Assembly: GCA_002633005.1 (NCBI GenBank)
Contig: NMRA01000297.1
Location: 1 to 41,155 of the forward strand
From: Phoronis australis
Lineage: Eukaryota > Animalia > Phoronida
Reading direction: 5' to 3'
DNA: 41,155 bases
The position numbers and the translations under genes were made by a program. The notes beneath the pieces are model-generated. The model did no database searches and was not told the origin of the DNA. It saw only the letters and a program-made list of their open reading frames with translations. Positions within the stretch are counted from its first letter, which is position 1, and each line of letters begins with the position of its first letter. Positions 1 through 13,782 of this stretch are shown piece by piece.

Positions 1-3000
1 TTTCACTGCCCTCCACTGGCCAACCACTGGCATCCACTGGTCTCCATTGGCATCCACTGGCCTTTCCTGCCCTCCACTGGCCTTCACTGGCCTCCGCTGG
101 CATCCTTGGACCTCCACTGTCCTCCACTGGCCTCCACCGCCCTCTACTGGCCTACGCAGCGTCCACGGCCCTCCATTGGCCTCCATTGTCCACCACGGGC
201 CACCACGAGCCTCCACGGATATCCAGGGGCCTCCACTGCCCTCAACTGGCGTCCACGGTTCTCCACTGGCATCCACGTGCCTACACAGGTCTCCTCTAGC
301 CTCCACTGGCTTCCAAGGGCCTCCACTGGGTTTTACGGGCCTCCACTGTCATCCACTTGCCTCCAAAGGACTCCACTGGCCTCCACGTGCCTCCACTGCC
401 CTCTGCTGGACCCCACTGGCCTCCTCTGGCTTCCACTGCCTCCACGGACCTGTACTGGCCTCCACGGGCCTCTACTGCTCTCCAATAGAATCCACTGGCC
501 TCCACTGCCCTATGCTGGTCTCCACTGGCCTTCTTTGGCTTTCATCAGCCTCCACTGGCCACCATTGGAATCCAGTGGACTCCAATGGCTCCACTGGCCT
601 CCGTTGGCCTCCAATGGTCTTCATTGACCTCCACTGGCCTCCACGGGCCTCCACGGGCCTCCACTGGCCTCCACGTGCTTCCACTGGCCTCCAGTGGTCT
701 TCACGGGCCTCCACTAACTCCAATGGCCACCACTGGTCTCCACTGGCAGCTACTTTCCTCCACTGGCCTCCACTGGCATCTACGGGCCTCCACTTTCCTC
801 CACTGAGAAGCATTGGCCTCCACGGTCCTACAAGAGCATCCACAACACTCCACTGGTCTCCACGGGCCTCGACTGCCTTTCAGTGGCCTCTACCGTTGGC
901 CTCTTCTGGTCTCTATTGACCTCCACTGCCCTCCACTGCCCACCATTGTCCTCAACGGGCCTCCACTATCCTCCACGTGAATACACTCGCCAAAAACCGC
1001 CTCCACTGCCCTCCACTGGCCTCCACTGGACTCCGTTGGCCTCCACCGACCTCCACGAGGCTCTACAAACCTCCACTGGCCTTCTCGGGCATCCACTGCA
1101 CTGCACTAGCTTCCAAAGGCCTCCACTGGCCTCAACGTGCCTCCACTGGCCTCCTCAGGCCTCCGATGGCCTCTTCTGGCTTCCATTAGCCTCCTCTGGC
1201 TTCCACTGCCTCGAATAGACTACACTGGCCTCAACTGGCCCCAGTGGCCTCCACTGGCCTTCAGTGCCCTCCTCTGGCCAACCACTGGCCTCCAGTGGTC
1301 TCCACTGGCATCCACTGGCCTCCACTGCCCTCCAATGGCTTTCACTGGCCTCCGCTTGCCTCCTTGGGCCTCCACTGTCCTCCACTGTCGTCCACTGTCG
1401 TCCACTGCTCTCTATTGGACTACACAGCCTCCACGGGCCTCCACTGCCCTCCACTGGCCACCACGGACCTATGCTGGTATCCACTGGCTTCCTCTGGCTT
1501 TCATAAGCCTCCACTGGCCACCCCTGTCCTCCAGTGGACTCCACTTGCCTCCACTGGCTTGCATTGGCCTCCACTGGTCTCCATCGACCTCCCCTGGCGT
1601 CCACGGGCTTCCACTGGCCTTTGCTGGCCTCCAAAGGCCCCCCACTGGCCTCCACGGGCCTCCACGAGCCTCCACAGGCGTCCAAGGGCCTCCACTGGCA
1701 TTCTCGGACCTCCAATGGCCTTCAGGTTCCTACACTGGCCTCCGCTAGCCTCCACTGGCCTCCAAGGGCCTACACTATCATCCACGTGCCGCCAAGGACT
1801 CCACTGGCCTCCAAGCGCCTCCACTGGCCTCCACTGCCCTCCGCTGGTCGCCACAGGCCTCGAATGGCCTCGTCTGCCTTCCATTAGCCTCCTCTGGCTT
1901 CCACTGCCTACACTGGCCTCAGCTTGCCCCACTGGCCTTCACTGCCCTCCACTTTCCTCGACTGGCCTCCACTGGAATGCACTGCCCTCCACTGGCCTTC
2001 ACTGGCCTCGGCAGGCCTCCTTGGGTCTCCACGGGCCTCCACTGGCCTCCACAGGGCTCCACTAGCCTCCACTGGCCTCCACGTGCCTCCACTGGCATCC
2101 ACTGGCCTCTACAGCAATCCACTCTTATCCTCTGGCTTTCATTAGCCTCCTCTGGCTTCCACTGCCTCCAATGGCCTTCACTGGCCTCCACTGGCCTCCT
2201 ACTGGGCTCCACTGGGCTCCGCAGCCATCCATTGCCCTCCATTGGCCCTCACTGGCCTCCGCTGGGCTCTACGGGCCTCCACGAGCCTCCACTGGCGTCC
2301 AAGGGCCTCCGCTGGCCTCCAAGGGCTTTCACTGCCCTTCAATGGCCTACAATAAGCTCCACGGCCTCCACTGGCTCCCACTGGTCTCCACTGGCCTCCG
2401 GTGGCCTCCACTGGCCTCCACGTGCCTACACTGACCTCCACTAGCCTGAACTGGACTCCACGAGGATCCAAGAGCCTCCACGGTCCTCCACTGTCTTCCA
2501 ATGTCCTCCACTGGCCTCCACGGGTCTTCACTGGCCTCCACGTGCCTCCACTGGCCTCCGCCGTTCCCCACAGGCCTCCATTGGCTTCTTCTGGCTACCA
2601 TTAGCCTCCTCTGGCTTCCACTGCTACCAATGGCCTCCACTGCTCTCCACTGGTCTGCACTCTCCTCCATTGGCCTCCACGGGCCTCCACGAGCCTCTAC
2701 GGGCCTGCACTGCCCTCCACTGGCCTCCAGGGGCGTCTACTGCCATCCACTGACCTCTACGAGCGTCCACTCGCCTTCACGTGGATCCACTGGCCTCCAC
2801 TGGTTTCCACTGACCTTCACTGGCCTCCACGGTCCTCCACTAGNNNNNNNNNNNNNNNNNNNNNNNNNNNNNNNNNNNNNNNNNNNNNNNNNNNNNNNNN
2901 NNNNNNNNNNNNNNNNNNNNNNNNNNNNNNNNNNNNNNNNNNNNNNNNTGCATTGGCCTCCACTGGTCCCCATTGACCTCCCCTGGCCTCCACGGGCTTT

Positions 3001-6000
3001 CACTGCCCTTCAATGGCCTCCAATAAGCTCCACGGCCTCCACTGGCTCCCACTGGTCTCCACTGGCCTCCGGTGGCCTCCACTGGCCTCCACGTGCCTAC
3101 ACTGGCCTCCACTAGCCTGAACTGGACTCCACGAGGATCAAAGAGCCTCCACGGTCCTCCACTGTCTTCCAATGTTCTCCACTGGCCTCCACGGGTCTTC
3201 ACTGGCCTCCACGTGCCTCCACTGGCCTCCGCCGTTCCCCACAGGCCTCCACTGGCTTCTTCTGGCTACCATTAGCCTCCTCTGGCTTCCACTGCCTCCA
3301 ATGGCCTCCACTGCTCTCCACTGGTCTGCACTCTCCTCCATTGGCCTCCACGGGCCTCCACGAGCATCTACGGGCCTGCACTGCCCTCCACTGGCCTCCA
3401 CGGGCGTCTACTGCCATCCGCTGGCCTCCACTGACCTCTACATGCGTCCACTCGCCTTCACGTGGATCCACTGGCCTCCACTGGTTTCCACTGACCTTCA
3501 CTGGCCTCCACGGACCTCCACTAGTATCCACTGGCCTCCTTGGGTCTATGGTGGTATCCGCTGGCTTCCTCTGGCTTTCATAAGCCTCCACTCGCCACCC
3601 CTGGCCTCCAGTGCACTCCACTGGCCTCCACTGGCTTGCATTGGCCTCCACTGGTCTCCATTGACCTCCCCTGGCCTCCACGGGCCTCCACTGGCCTTTG
3701 CTGGCCTCCAAAAACCCTCACTGACCTCCTCTGGCTTCCGTTCGCCTCCTCTGGCTTCTACTTCTTCGAATGGCCTCCACTTGCTTCCACTGGCCTTCAC
3801 TAATCCTCCTCTGGCCCCCAATGGCCTCCACTAGCCTCGACTGGTCTCCACTGGCCTCCGCTGGACTCCACTGGACTCCACGGGCCTCCACACGCGTCCA
3901 AGGTCCTCCACTGGCCTCCACGGGCTTTCACTGCCCTCCAATGGCCTCTGGTAAGCTCCACGGCCTCCACAGGCTCCCACTGGTCTCCACTGGCCTCCGG
4001 TGGCTTCCACTGGTCTCCACTTGCCTCCGTTGGCCTCCTCTGGATTCCACTGGCCTATGCTGGCCTCTACAGCAATCCACTCTTATCCTCTGTCTTCCAT
4101 CAGCCTCCTCTGGCTTCCACTGCCTCCAATGGCCTCCACTGGCCTCCACTGGCCTCCTACTGGGCTCCACTGGCCTCCGCAGCCATCCATTGCCCTCCAT
4201 TGGCCCTCACTTGCCTCCACTGGCCTCCACTGGACTCTACGGGCCTCCACGAGCCTCCACTGGCGTCCAAGGGCCTCCACTGGCTTCAACGGGCTTTCAC
4301 TGCCCTTCAAGGGCCTCCAATAAGCTCCACGGCCTCCACTGATCTCCACTGGCCTCCTCCGACCTCCACTGGCTTCCACGTGCCTACACTGGCCTCCACT
4401 AGCCTGAACTGTACTCCACGAGCCTCCAAGAGCCTCCATGGTCCTCCACTGTTTTCCAATGTCCTCCACTGGCCTCCACGGGTCTTCACTGGCCTCCACG
4501 TGCCTCCACTGGCCTCCGCCGTTCAACACAGGCCTCCACTGGCTTCTTCTGGTTACCATTAGCCTCCTCTGGCTTCCACTGCCTCCAATGGCCTCCACTG
4601 CTCTCCACTGGTCTGCACTGTCCTCCATTGGCCTCCACGGGCCTGCACTGCCCTCCACTGGCCTCCACGGGCGTCTACTGCCATCCACTGGCCTCCACTG
4701 ACCTTTACGGGCGTCCACTGGCCTTCACGTTGATCCACTGGCCTCCACTGGTTTCCACTGACCTCCACTGGCCTCCACGGTCCTCCACTAGTATCCACTG
4801 GCCTCCAAGGGTCTATGCTGGCATCCACTGGCTTCCTCTGGCTTTCATAAGCCTCCACTCGCCACCCCTGGCCTCCAGTACACTCCACTGGCCTCCACTG
4901 GCNNNNNNNNNNNNNNNNNNNNNNNNNNNNNNNNNNNNNNNNNNNNNNNNNNNNNNNNNNNNNNNNNNNNNNNNNNNNNNNNNNNNNNNNNNNNNNNNNN
5001 NNNNNNNNNNNNNNNNNNNNNNNNNNNNNNNNNNNNNNNNNNNNNNNNNNNNNGGCCTCCACTGGCCTCCACTGGCCTCCATTGGCCTCCACTGGCCTCC
5101 ACTGGAATCCACTGGCCTCCACTGGCTTCCACTGGCCTCCACGGGCCTCCATTGGCCAAGACTGGCCTCCACTGGCCTCCCCTGGTCAAGACTGGCCTCC
5201 ACTTACCTCCAAGGGCCTCCACTGGCCTCCACTGGCCTCCACTTGCTTCCACTGGCCTTCACTAATCCTCCTCTGGCCCCCAATGGCCTCCACTAGCCTC
5301 CACTGGTCTCCACTGGCCTCCGTTGGCCTCCACGGGCCACCACAAGCCTGCACGGTCCTCCTCTGGCGTCCAGGGGACTCCACTGCCCTCCACTGGACTC
5401 CACGGTTCTCCACTGGCCTCCACGTGCCTCCACTGGCATCCGCTGGTATCTACGGGCCTCCACTGGCCTCCACAGGGCTCCACTAGCCTCCACTGGCCTC
5501 CACGTTCCTCCACTGGCCTCCGCTGGTCTCCAGTGGCCTTCTCTGAACTCCAAGGGCCACCACGAGCCTGCACGGGCCTCCACGGGGGTCCTATGGCGTC
5601 CAGGAGACTCCAGTACCCTCCACAGGAATCTACGGTGCTCCACTGGCATCTACGGACCTCCACTGGCATCCACAGGGCTCCAGTATCCACCACGTGCCTC
5701 CACTGGCCTACCCAGGAGTCCACTGGCCTCCTCTGGCTTCCATTAGCCTCCTCTGGCTTCCACTGTCTAGAATGGCCTCCACTGGCCTCCACAGGCCCCT
5801 CAATGGACTGCACAGCCCTCCACAGGCACCCACTGCCCTCCACTGGCCCTCAATGGGCTCCACTGTCCTCCACGGGCTTCCACTGCCCTCTACTGGCTCC
5901 CACTGGGCTCCACTGGATTCCACTGGCCTCCACTGGTCTCCAGTGGTCTCCACTGAACTCCACTTGCCTCTACTGTCCTCCACCATCCTTCACTGGCATC

Positions 6001-9000
6001 TACGGGCCTCCACTGGCATCTACGGGCCTCCACTGGCCTCCACGGGCCTCCGCTGGCCTCCATGTTCCTCCACGGGCCTCCGCTGGCCCCCAAAGGCCTC
6101 CACTGGCCTCCTCTGGCTTCCATTATCCGCCTCTGGCTTCTACTACCTCCAATGGCCTCCACTGGTTTCCACTGGCCTTCACTTGCCTCCACGGGCCTCC
6201 ACTACCCTCCAGTGATTTCCACTGGCCTCTACGGGCCTTCACTGGCCTCCACGTGCCTCTACTGGCCTCCGCCGTCCCCACAGGCCTCTACTGGCCTCCT
6301 CTGGCTACCATTACCCTCCTCTGGCTTTCGTTGCCTCCAATGGCCTCCACTGACTTCCACTGGTCTGCTCTGGCCTCCACTGGGCTCCACTGGATTCCCC
6401 TGTCCTCCACTGGCCTCGACTGGCCTCCACTGGACCCCGCTGGTCTCCAATGGCCTCCACTGGCCTCCAACGGCCATCACGAGCCTGCACGGGCCACCAC
6501 GAGGTACTCTGGCGTCCAGGGGACTCCACTGCTCCCACTGGACTCTACGGTTCTCCACTGGCCTCCACGTGCCTCCACTCTCCTCCACTGCCCTCCACTG
6601 GCATCTACGGGCCTCCACTGGCCTCCACAGGGCTCCACTAGAAACCACATGTCTCCACTCTCTTGCGCTGGCCTCCAAACGAGTCCACTGGACTCCTTTC
6701 TTTTGCTTCCATTAGCCTCTTCTGGCTTCCACTGCGACGAATAGCCTCCACTGGCCCCCACTGGCCTTCACTGCCCTCCACCTGGATCCACTGCCCTCCA
6801 CTGGCCTTCACTGGACTCCGCTGGCCTCCTTGGGCCTCCACTGCCCTCTACTGGCCTATATGAGCCTCCACGGGCTCCACAGGCCTCCAGGTGCATCCAC
6901 TGGCCTCCACTGGCTTTCACTGGCCTCCACTGGCCAACACTGACCTCCACTGGTATCTACTGGCCTCCACTGGCATCTACGGGCCTTCACTGGTCTCCAC
7001 AGGTCTCCACTGCGCTCCAAAAGCCCTCACTGGCCTCCAGTGGCCTCCAATGACAACTACTGTCCTCCACAGTCCTCCACGAAACTCCAGTGGCCTACAC
7101 GAGACTCCACTGGCATCCAGGTTCCCAAACTGGTCTCCGCTAGCCTCCACTGGCCTCCACGGGCCTCCACTGGCCTCCACGGGCCTCCTCTGTCATCCAC
7201 GTGCCGCCAAGGGACTCCACTGGCCTCCACTGGCCTCCGCTGGTCCCACAGGCCTCCAATGGCCTCGTCTGGCTTCCATTAGCCTCCTCTGGCTTTCACT
7301 GCTTCCAATGGCCACCAGTGGCATCCACGGATCTCAATTGGCCTCCAGAGGCCTCCACAAGCTTCCACGGGTCTGCACTGGCATGCACTGGCCTCCAAGG
7401 GCCTCTACTGCCCTCCACTGGAATCCACTGGTCTCCATTGAACTCCACTGGCCTCCACGGGCCTCCACTGGCCTCCTCTGGCTTCCACTAGCCTCCTCTG
7501 GCTTCTAATGCCTCCACTGGCCTCCACTTGCCTCCACTGGCCTTCACTGCCCTCCACTGGCCTCCACTAGCCTCCACTGTTCTCCAATGGCTTCCACGAG
7601 CCTCCTCGGGCCTCTACTGCGCTCCACTTGAATCCACTGGCCTCTACGGGCCTCCACTCACTGGCCTTCACGTGCCTCCACTGGCCTCCACACTCCTCCA
7701 ATGGCATCCACTGGCCTCCACTGGCCTATGCTGGTCTCCACTGCCCTTCTATGGCTTTCATAAGCCTCCTCTGGCCACCACTGGCCTCCAGTGGACTCCA
7801 ATGGCCTCCATTGACCTCCACTGGTCTCCATTGACCTCCACTGGCCTCCATGGTCCTCCACTGCCCTCCTTTGGCTTCCAAGGGCCTCTACTATCCTCCA
7901 CGTGAATACACTGGCCTCCACCCGCCTCCACTTGGCTCTGTTGGCCTCCACTGGCCACCACGGGCCTCCACTGCCCTCCACAAACCTCCACTGGCTTCCA
8001 AAGGCATCCACTGGCCTCCGCTGGCCTCCTCTGTCTTCCATTAGCCTCCTCTGGCTTCCACTGCGTCGAATAGCCTCCACTGGCCCCACTGGCCTTCACT
8101 GCCCTCCACCTGGATCCACTGCCCTCCACTGGCCTTCACTGGAATCCGCTGGCCTCCTTGGGCCTCCACTGGCCTCCACTGCCCTCTACTGGCCTATATG
8201 AGCCTCCACGGGCTCCACAGGCCTACAGGTGCATCCACTGGGCTCCACTGGCTTTCACTGGCCTCCACTGGCCACCACTGACCTCCACTGGTATCTACTG
8301 GCCTCCACTGGAATCTACGGGCGTTCACTGGCCTCCACAGGTCTCCACTGCGCTCCAAAGGCCCTCACTGGCCTCCAGTGGCCTCCAATGACAACTACTG
8401 TCCTCCACGAGACTCCAGAGGCCTCCACGGGACTCCACTGGCATCCAGGTTCCCAGACTGGTCTCCGCTAGCCTCCACTGGCCTCCACTAGCCTCCACGG
8501 GCCTCCACGGGCCTCCACTGTCATCCACGTGCCGCCAAGGGACTCCACTGGCATCCACGTGCCTCCACTGGCCTCCGCTTGTCCCACAGGCCTCCAATGG
8601 CCTCGTCTGGCTTCCATTAGCCTCCTCTGGCTTTCACTGCTTCCAATGGCCACCAGTGGCATCCACGGATCTCAATTGGCTTCCACAGGCCTCCACGAGC
8701 TTCCACGGGTCTGCACTGGCCTCCACGGGCCTCTACTGCCCTCCACTGGAATCCACTGGCGTCTACGGGCCTCCACTGGCTTTCACGTGCCTCCATTGGC
8801 CTTCACTGTCCTCCAATAGCATCCACTGACCTCCACTGCCCTTTGCTGGTCTCCACTGGCCTTTTCTGGCTTTCATAAGCCTCCACTGGCCACCACTGGC
8901 CTCAAGTGGACTCCAACGGCCTCCACTGGCCTCCGTTGGCCTCCAGTGATCTCCACCTGCCTCCATTGCCCTCTGTTGACCTCCACTGGCCTCCGCGAGG

Positions 9001-12000
9001 GTCTACGGACCTCGAAGGGTCTCTACTGCCCTCCACTGGAATCCACTGGCCTCTACGGGCCTCCACTGGCCTTCACGTGCCTCCACTGGCCTCCACGTGC
9101 CTCCACTGGCCTCCACGGTCCTCCAATAGCATCCACTGGCCTCCAATGGCCTATGCTGATCTCCACTGGCATTCTCTGGCTTTCATAAGCTTCCTCTGGC
9201 CACCACTGGCCTCCAGTGGACTCCAATGGCCTCCACAGGCCTCCATTGACCTCCACTGGTCTCCATTGACCTCCATGGGCCTCCACTGTCCTCCATTGGC
9301 CTCCACTGGCCTCCAAGCGCCTCTACTATCCTCCACGTGAATACACTGGCCTCCACCCGCCTCCACTGGGCTCCTTTGCTCTCCACTGGCCTCCTCGAGG
9401 CTCCATGGACCTCCACTGGCCACCACGGGCCTCTACTGCTCTCCACAAACCTCCACTGGCTTCCAAAGGCCCCCAATGGCTTCCATTAGCCTCCTCTGGC
9501 TTCCACTGCCTCGAGTAGCCTCCACTGGCCACACTGGCCTTCACTGCCCTCCACCGGGATCCACTGCCCTCCACTGGCCTTCACTGGCCTCAACTGGTCT
9601 CCTTGGGCCTCCACTGGCCTCCACTGCCCTCTACTGGCCTACATGAGCCTCCACGGGCCTCCTCACTCCTCCAGGTGCTTCCACTGGCCTTCACTGGCCT
9701 CCACTGGCCACCACTGATCTCCACTGGCATCTACTGGCTTCCACTTGCATCTACGGGCCTTCACTGGCCTCCACAGGTCTCCACTGCGCTCCACAGGCCC
9801 TCAGTTGCCTCCAGTGGCCTCCAATGACAACCTTTGGACTCCACAGTGCTCCACGGGACTCCACTGGCCTCCAGGTTCCTACACTGGCCTCCGCTAGCCT
9901 CCACTGGCCTCCACTGCCCTCCGCAGGCCTCCACTGTCATCCAGGTGCCGCCAAGGGACTCCACTGGCCTCCACTTGCCTCCACTGGCCTCCGCGGGCAT
10001 CCACTTTCATCCACGTGCCGCCAAGGGACTCCACAGGCCTCCAATGGCCTCGTCTGGCTTCAATTAGCCTCCTCTGGCTTCCACTGCCTCCAATGGCATC
10101 CACGGATCTCAATTGGCCTCCACAGGCCTCCACGGGCCTGGACTGGCCTGCACTGGCCTCCACGATCCTCTACTGCATTCCACTGGAATCCACTGGCGTC
10201 TAAGGGCCTCCACTGGCTTTCTCGTGCCTCCACTGGCCTCCACTTTCCTCCAGTAGCATCCACTGGCCTCCAGTGCCCTATGCTGGTCTCCACTGGCCTT
10301 TTCTGGATCTCATAAGCTTCTACTGGCCACCACTGGCCTCAAGTGGACTCCAATGGCCTCCAGTGGCCTCCGTTGGCCTCGAGTGATCTCCACCCGGCTC
10401 CATTGCCCTCCGTTGGCCTCCACTGGCCTCCAAGAGGGTCTACGGACGTCCACTGGCTTCCACGGGCATCCACTGCCCTCCACTAACCTCCACTGGCTTC
10501 CAAAGGCCTCCGCTGGCCTCCACAGCCCTCCGCTAGCCTCTTCTGGCTTCCATTAGCCTCCTCTGGCTTCCACTGCCTCGAATAGCCTCCACTGGCCCCA
10601 CTGGCCTCCACTGGCCTTCACTGCCCTCCACTGGCCAACCACTGGCCTCAACTGTCATCCAGTGCCCTTCACTGGCCTTCACTGGAATCCGCTGTCTTCC
10701 TTGGTCCTCCACTGCTCACTACTGGCCTACACGAGCCTCCACAGGCCTCCACTGGCCTCCTCTGGCTTCCATTAGCCTCCTCTGGCTTCCACTGGCCTCC
10801 ACGTTTTTCCATTTGCCTCCACTGGCCTTCACTGGGCTCCACTGGCCACCACTAATCTCCACTTGCCTCTACTGTCCTCCACTGGCCTCCACTGGCATTT
10901 ACGGGCCTCCACTGGCCTCCACGGGCCTCCACTGGCCTCAAATGGCCTCCTCTGGCCTCCAAGGGCCACCACGAGCCTGCACGGGCCTCCACGGGGGTCC
11001 TCTGGCGTCCAGGGGACTCCACTGCCTTCCACTGGACTCTACAGGTCTCAACTCGCCTCCACGTGTCTCCACTTGCCTCCACTGGAATCTACGTGCCTCC
11101 ACTGGCCTCCACAGGGCTCCACTAGCCACGACGTGCCTCCACTGGCCTCCGCTGGCCTCCACAGGAGTCCACTGGTCTCCTCTGGCTTCCATTAGCCTCC
11201 AGTGGCTTCCACTGAGTAGAATGGCCTCCACTGGCCTCCACAGGGCCCCCACTGGCTTCCACAGGCCTCCACAGGCACCCCCTGTCCTCCACTGGCCCTC
11301 AATGGCCTCCACTGGACTCCACTGACCTCCACGGCCTTCCACCCCCCTCCACTGGCCTCCACTGTGCTCCACAGGCTTCCACTGGCCTCCAATGTTCTCC
11401 AGTGGTCTCCACTGGCCTCCACTGGCGACCACTGATCTCCACTTGCCTCTACTGTCCTCCACTATCCTCCACTGGCATCTACGGGCCTCCACTGGCCTCC
11501 ACGGGCCTCAACTGGCATCCGCTGACCTCCAAAGGCCTCCACTGGCCTTCTCTGGCTTCCATTAGCCGACTCTGGCTTCTACTGTCTCCATTGGCCTCCA
11601 CTGGTCTCCACTGGCCTTCACTTGCCTCCACGGGCCTCAACTGCCCTCCACTGATCTCCACCGGTCTTCACGGGCCTTCACTGGCCTCCACGTGCCTCCA
11701 CTGGCCTCCGCCGTCCCCCACAGGTATCCACTAGCCTCCTCTGGCTACCAATAGCCTCCTCTGGCTTCCACTGCCACCAATGGCCTCCACTGCCCTCCAC
11801 TGGTCTGCAGTGACCTCCACTGGCCTCCATTGGCCTCCACGGGCCTCCATAAGCCTCCACGGGCCTGCACTGACCTCCACTGTCCTCCACGGGCATCTAC
11901 TGCCATCCACTGGCCTCTAAGGGCGTCCACTGGCCTTCACGTGCCTCCACTTAACTCCACTGGCCTCCACTGGTATCTACGGGCCTCCACTGGCCTCCAC

Positions 12001-13606
12001 TGGTCCTAACGGGCCTCCACTGGCCTCCACTGGCCTCCTCTGCACTCCACGGGCGACCACGAGACTGCACGGGCCTCCACGGGGGTCCTCTGGCGTCCAC
12101 GGGACTCCACTGCCCTCCACTAGAATGGACGGTTCTCCACTGTCCTCCACCTGCCTCCACTGGCCCCCACTGGCATCTACGGGCCTCCACTGGCCTCCAC
12201 ATGGCTCCACTATCCACCACGTGCCTCCACTGGCCTCCGCTGGCCTCCACAGGAGTCCACTGGTCTCCTCTGGCTTCCATTAGCCTCCTCTGGCTTCCAC
12301 TGCCTAGAATAGCCTCCAGTGGTCTCTACTGGCCTCCACTGGTCTCCATTGACCTCCACTGGCCTCCACGGGCCTCCACTGGCTTCTACTGCCTCCACTG
12401 GCCTCCATTGGCCTTCACTGCCCTCCACTGGCCCCCACTGGCCTCCACTAGCATCCACTGGCCTCCACTGTCCTCCTCTGGCTTCCATTAGCCTCCTCTG
12501 GCTTCCACTGTCTCATATGGCCTCCACTGGCCTCCACAGGCCTCCGCGGGCCTCTACTGCCTCCACTGGAATCCACTGGCCTCTACGGGCCTCCACTGGC
12601 CTTCACGGGCCTCCACTGGGATCCACGGTCCTCCAATAGCATCCACTGGCCTCCACTGTCCCATGCTGGTCTCCACTGGCCTTCTCTAGCTTTCATAAGC
12701 CTCCACTGGCCACCACTGGCCTTCAGTGGACTCCAATGGCCTCCACAGGCCTCCAGTGGCCTCCACTGGTCTCCATTGACCTCCACTGGTCTCCATTGGA
12801 ATCCACTGCCCTCCATTGACCTCCACTGGCCTCCAAGGACCTCTACTATCCTCCACGTGAATACACTGGCCTCCACCCGCCTCCACTGGCCTCCACTGGT
12901 CTCCACGAGGCTCCACGGACCTCCACTGGCCACCTCGGGCCTCGACTGCCCTCCACAAACCTCCACTGACTTCCAAAGGCCTCCACTGGCCTCCACCGGC
13001 CTCCGGTGGCTTCCACAGGCCTCGGCTGGCCTCTTCTGACTTCCATTATCCTCCTCTGTCGTCAACTGCGTCGCATAGCCTCCAAAGGCATCAACGGCCC
13101 TCCACTGGCCTCCACGTGCCGCCACTGGCCTCCACCGGCCTCCATTGGCCTCCACGTGCCGCCTCTGGCCTCCACCGGCCTCCGGTGGCCTCCACATGCC
13201 TCTTCTGGCTTCCATTAGCGTCCTCTGTGGTCCACTGCCTCGAATAGCCTCCAAAGGCATCAACAGCCCTCCACTGGCATCCACGGGCCTCCACTGGCCT
13301 CCACGTGTTTTCACTGGCCTCCACTGGCCACCACTGATCTCCACTGGCCTCCACTGGTCTCCACGGGCCTCCAGTGTCTTCCATTAGCCGCCCCTGGCTT
13401 CTACTGCCTACAATGGCTTCCACTTGCCTCCACTGGCCTCCGCTGCCGTCCAGGGGCCTCCACTGCCCTCCTCTGGCCTCCATGGTTCTCCAATGTCTTC
13501 TACGGGCCTCCACTGGCCTCCATGGGCCTCCGGTGGCCTCCACAGGCCTCCTCTGACTTCCATTATCCTCCTCTGGCTTCCACTGCCTCCAATGGCTTCC
13601 ACTGTC
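1..13606. repeat. 10-bp satellite array, consensus CCACTGGCCT (~1300 degenerate units), extends beyond the window start
   Basis: Continuous 10-bp periodicity with variant units (CCACGGGCCT, CCACTGCCCT, CCATTAGCCT, CCTCTGGCTT, CCAATGGCCT) and few indels. Two N-gaps lie inside it. It ends abruptly at ~13606. Confidence 0.98.
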
Positions 13607-13782
13607 CGAGAGGAGGGAATGTCGGGAGGGTGTTTCTCACCACCCGTGTAAGATTTTTTTTTGTTTTTTTAATATCTGATTTCGTTTTCCTGGCAACAGT
13701 TTTGTAATTTAATATTTTTAATCGTGTCCCTGGGGGGGGGGTTTAACCCCATTATCCCCCCTCCCCCGTAGATCCGCCTCTG
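13607..13782. mobile_element. Right end of a hAT-like non-autonomous DNA transposon (CAGAGGCGGATCTACG TIR family) abutting the satellite
   Basis: Ends in CCCCCGTAGATCCGCCTCTG (13763-13782), the exact reverse complement of the 20-bp terminus at 15008. It has subterminal G/C tracts (GGGGGGGGGGTTTAACCCC) like those at 15036-15055. Confidence 0.7.

Noticed and set aside
2322-3524. Near-identical ~520-bp duplication on either side of the N-gap (offset ~671 bp)
   Set aside because: Its position flanking a gap suggests unmerged contig overlap or allelic haplotypes; not used as evidence of higher-order structure.
47-13651. Dozens of ORFs encoding HWPPLASTGL (+) or EASGGQWRPV (-) repeats, up to 473 aa
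   Set aside because: A stop-free 10-bp unit gives the same decapeptide in all three frames. Stops and frameshifts are scattered and ORFs overlap on both strands, so there is no sign of real coding.
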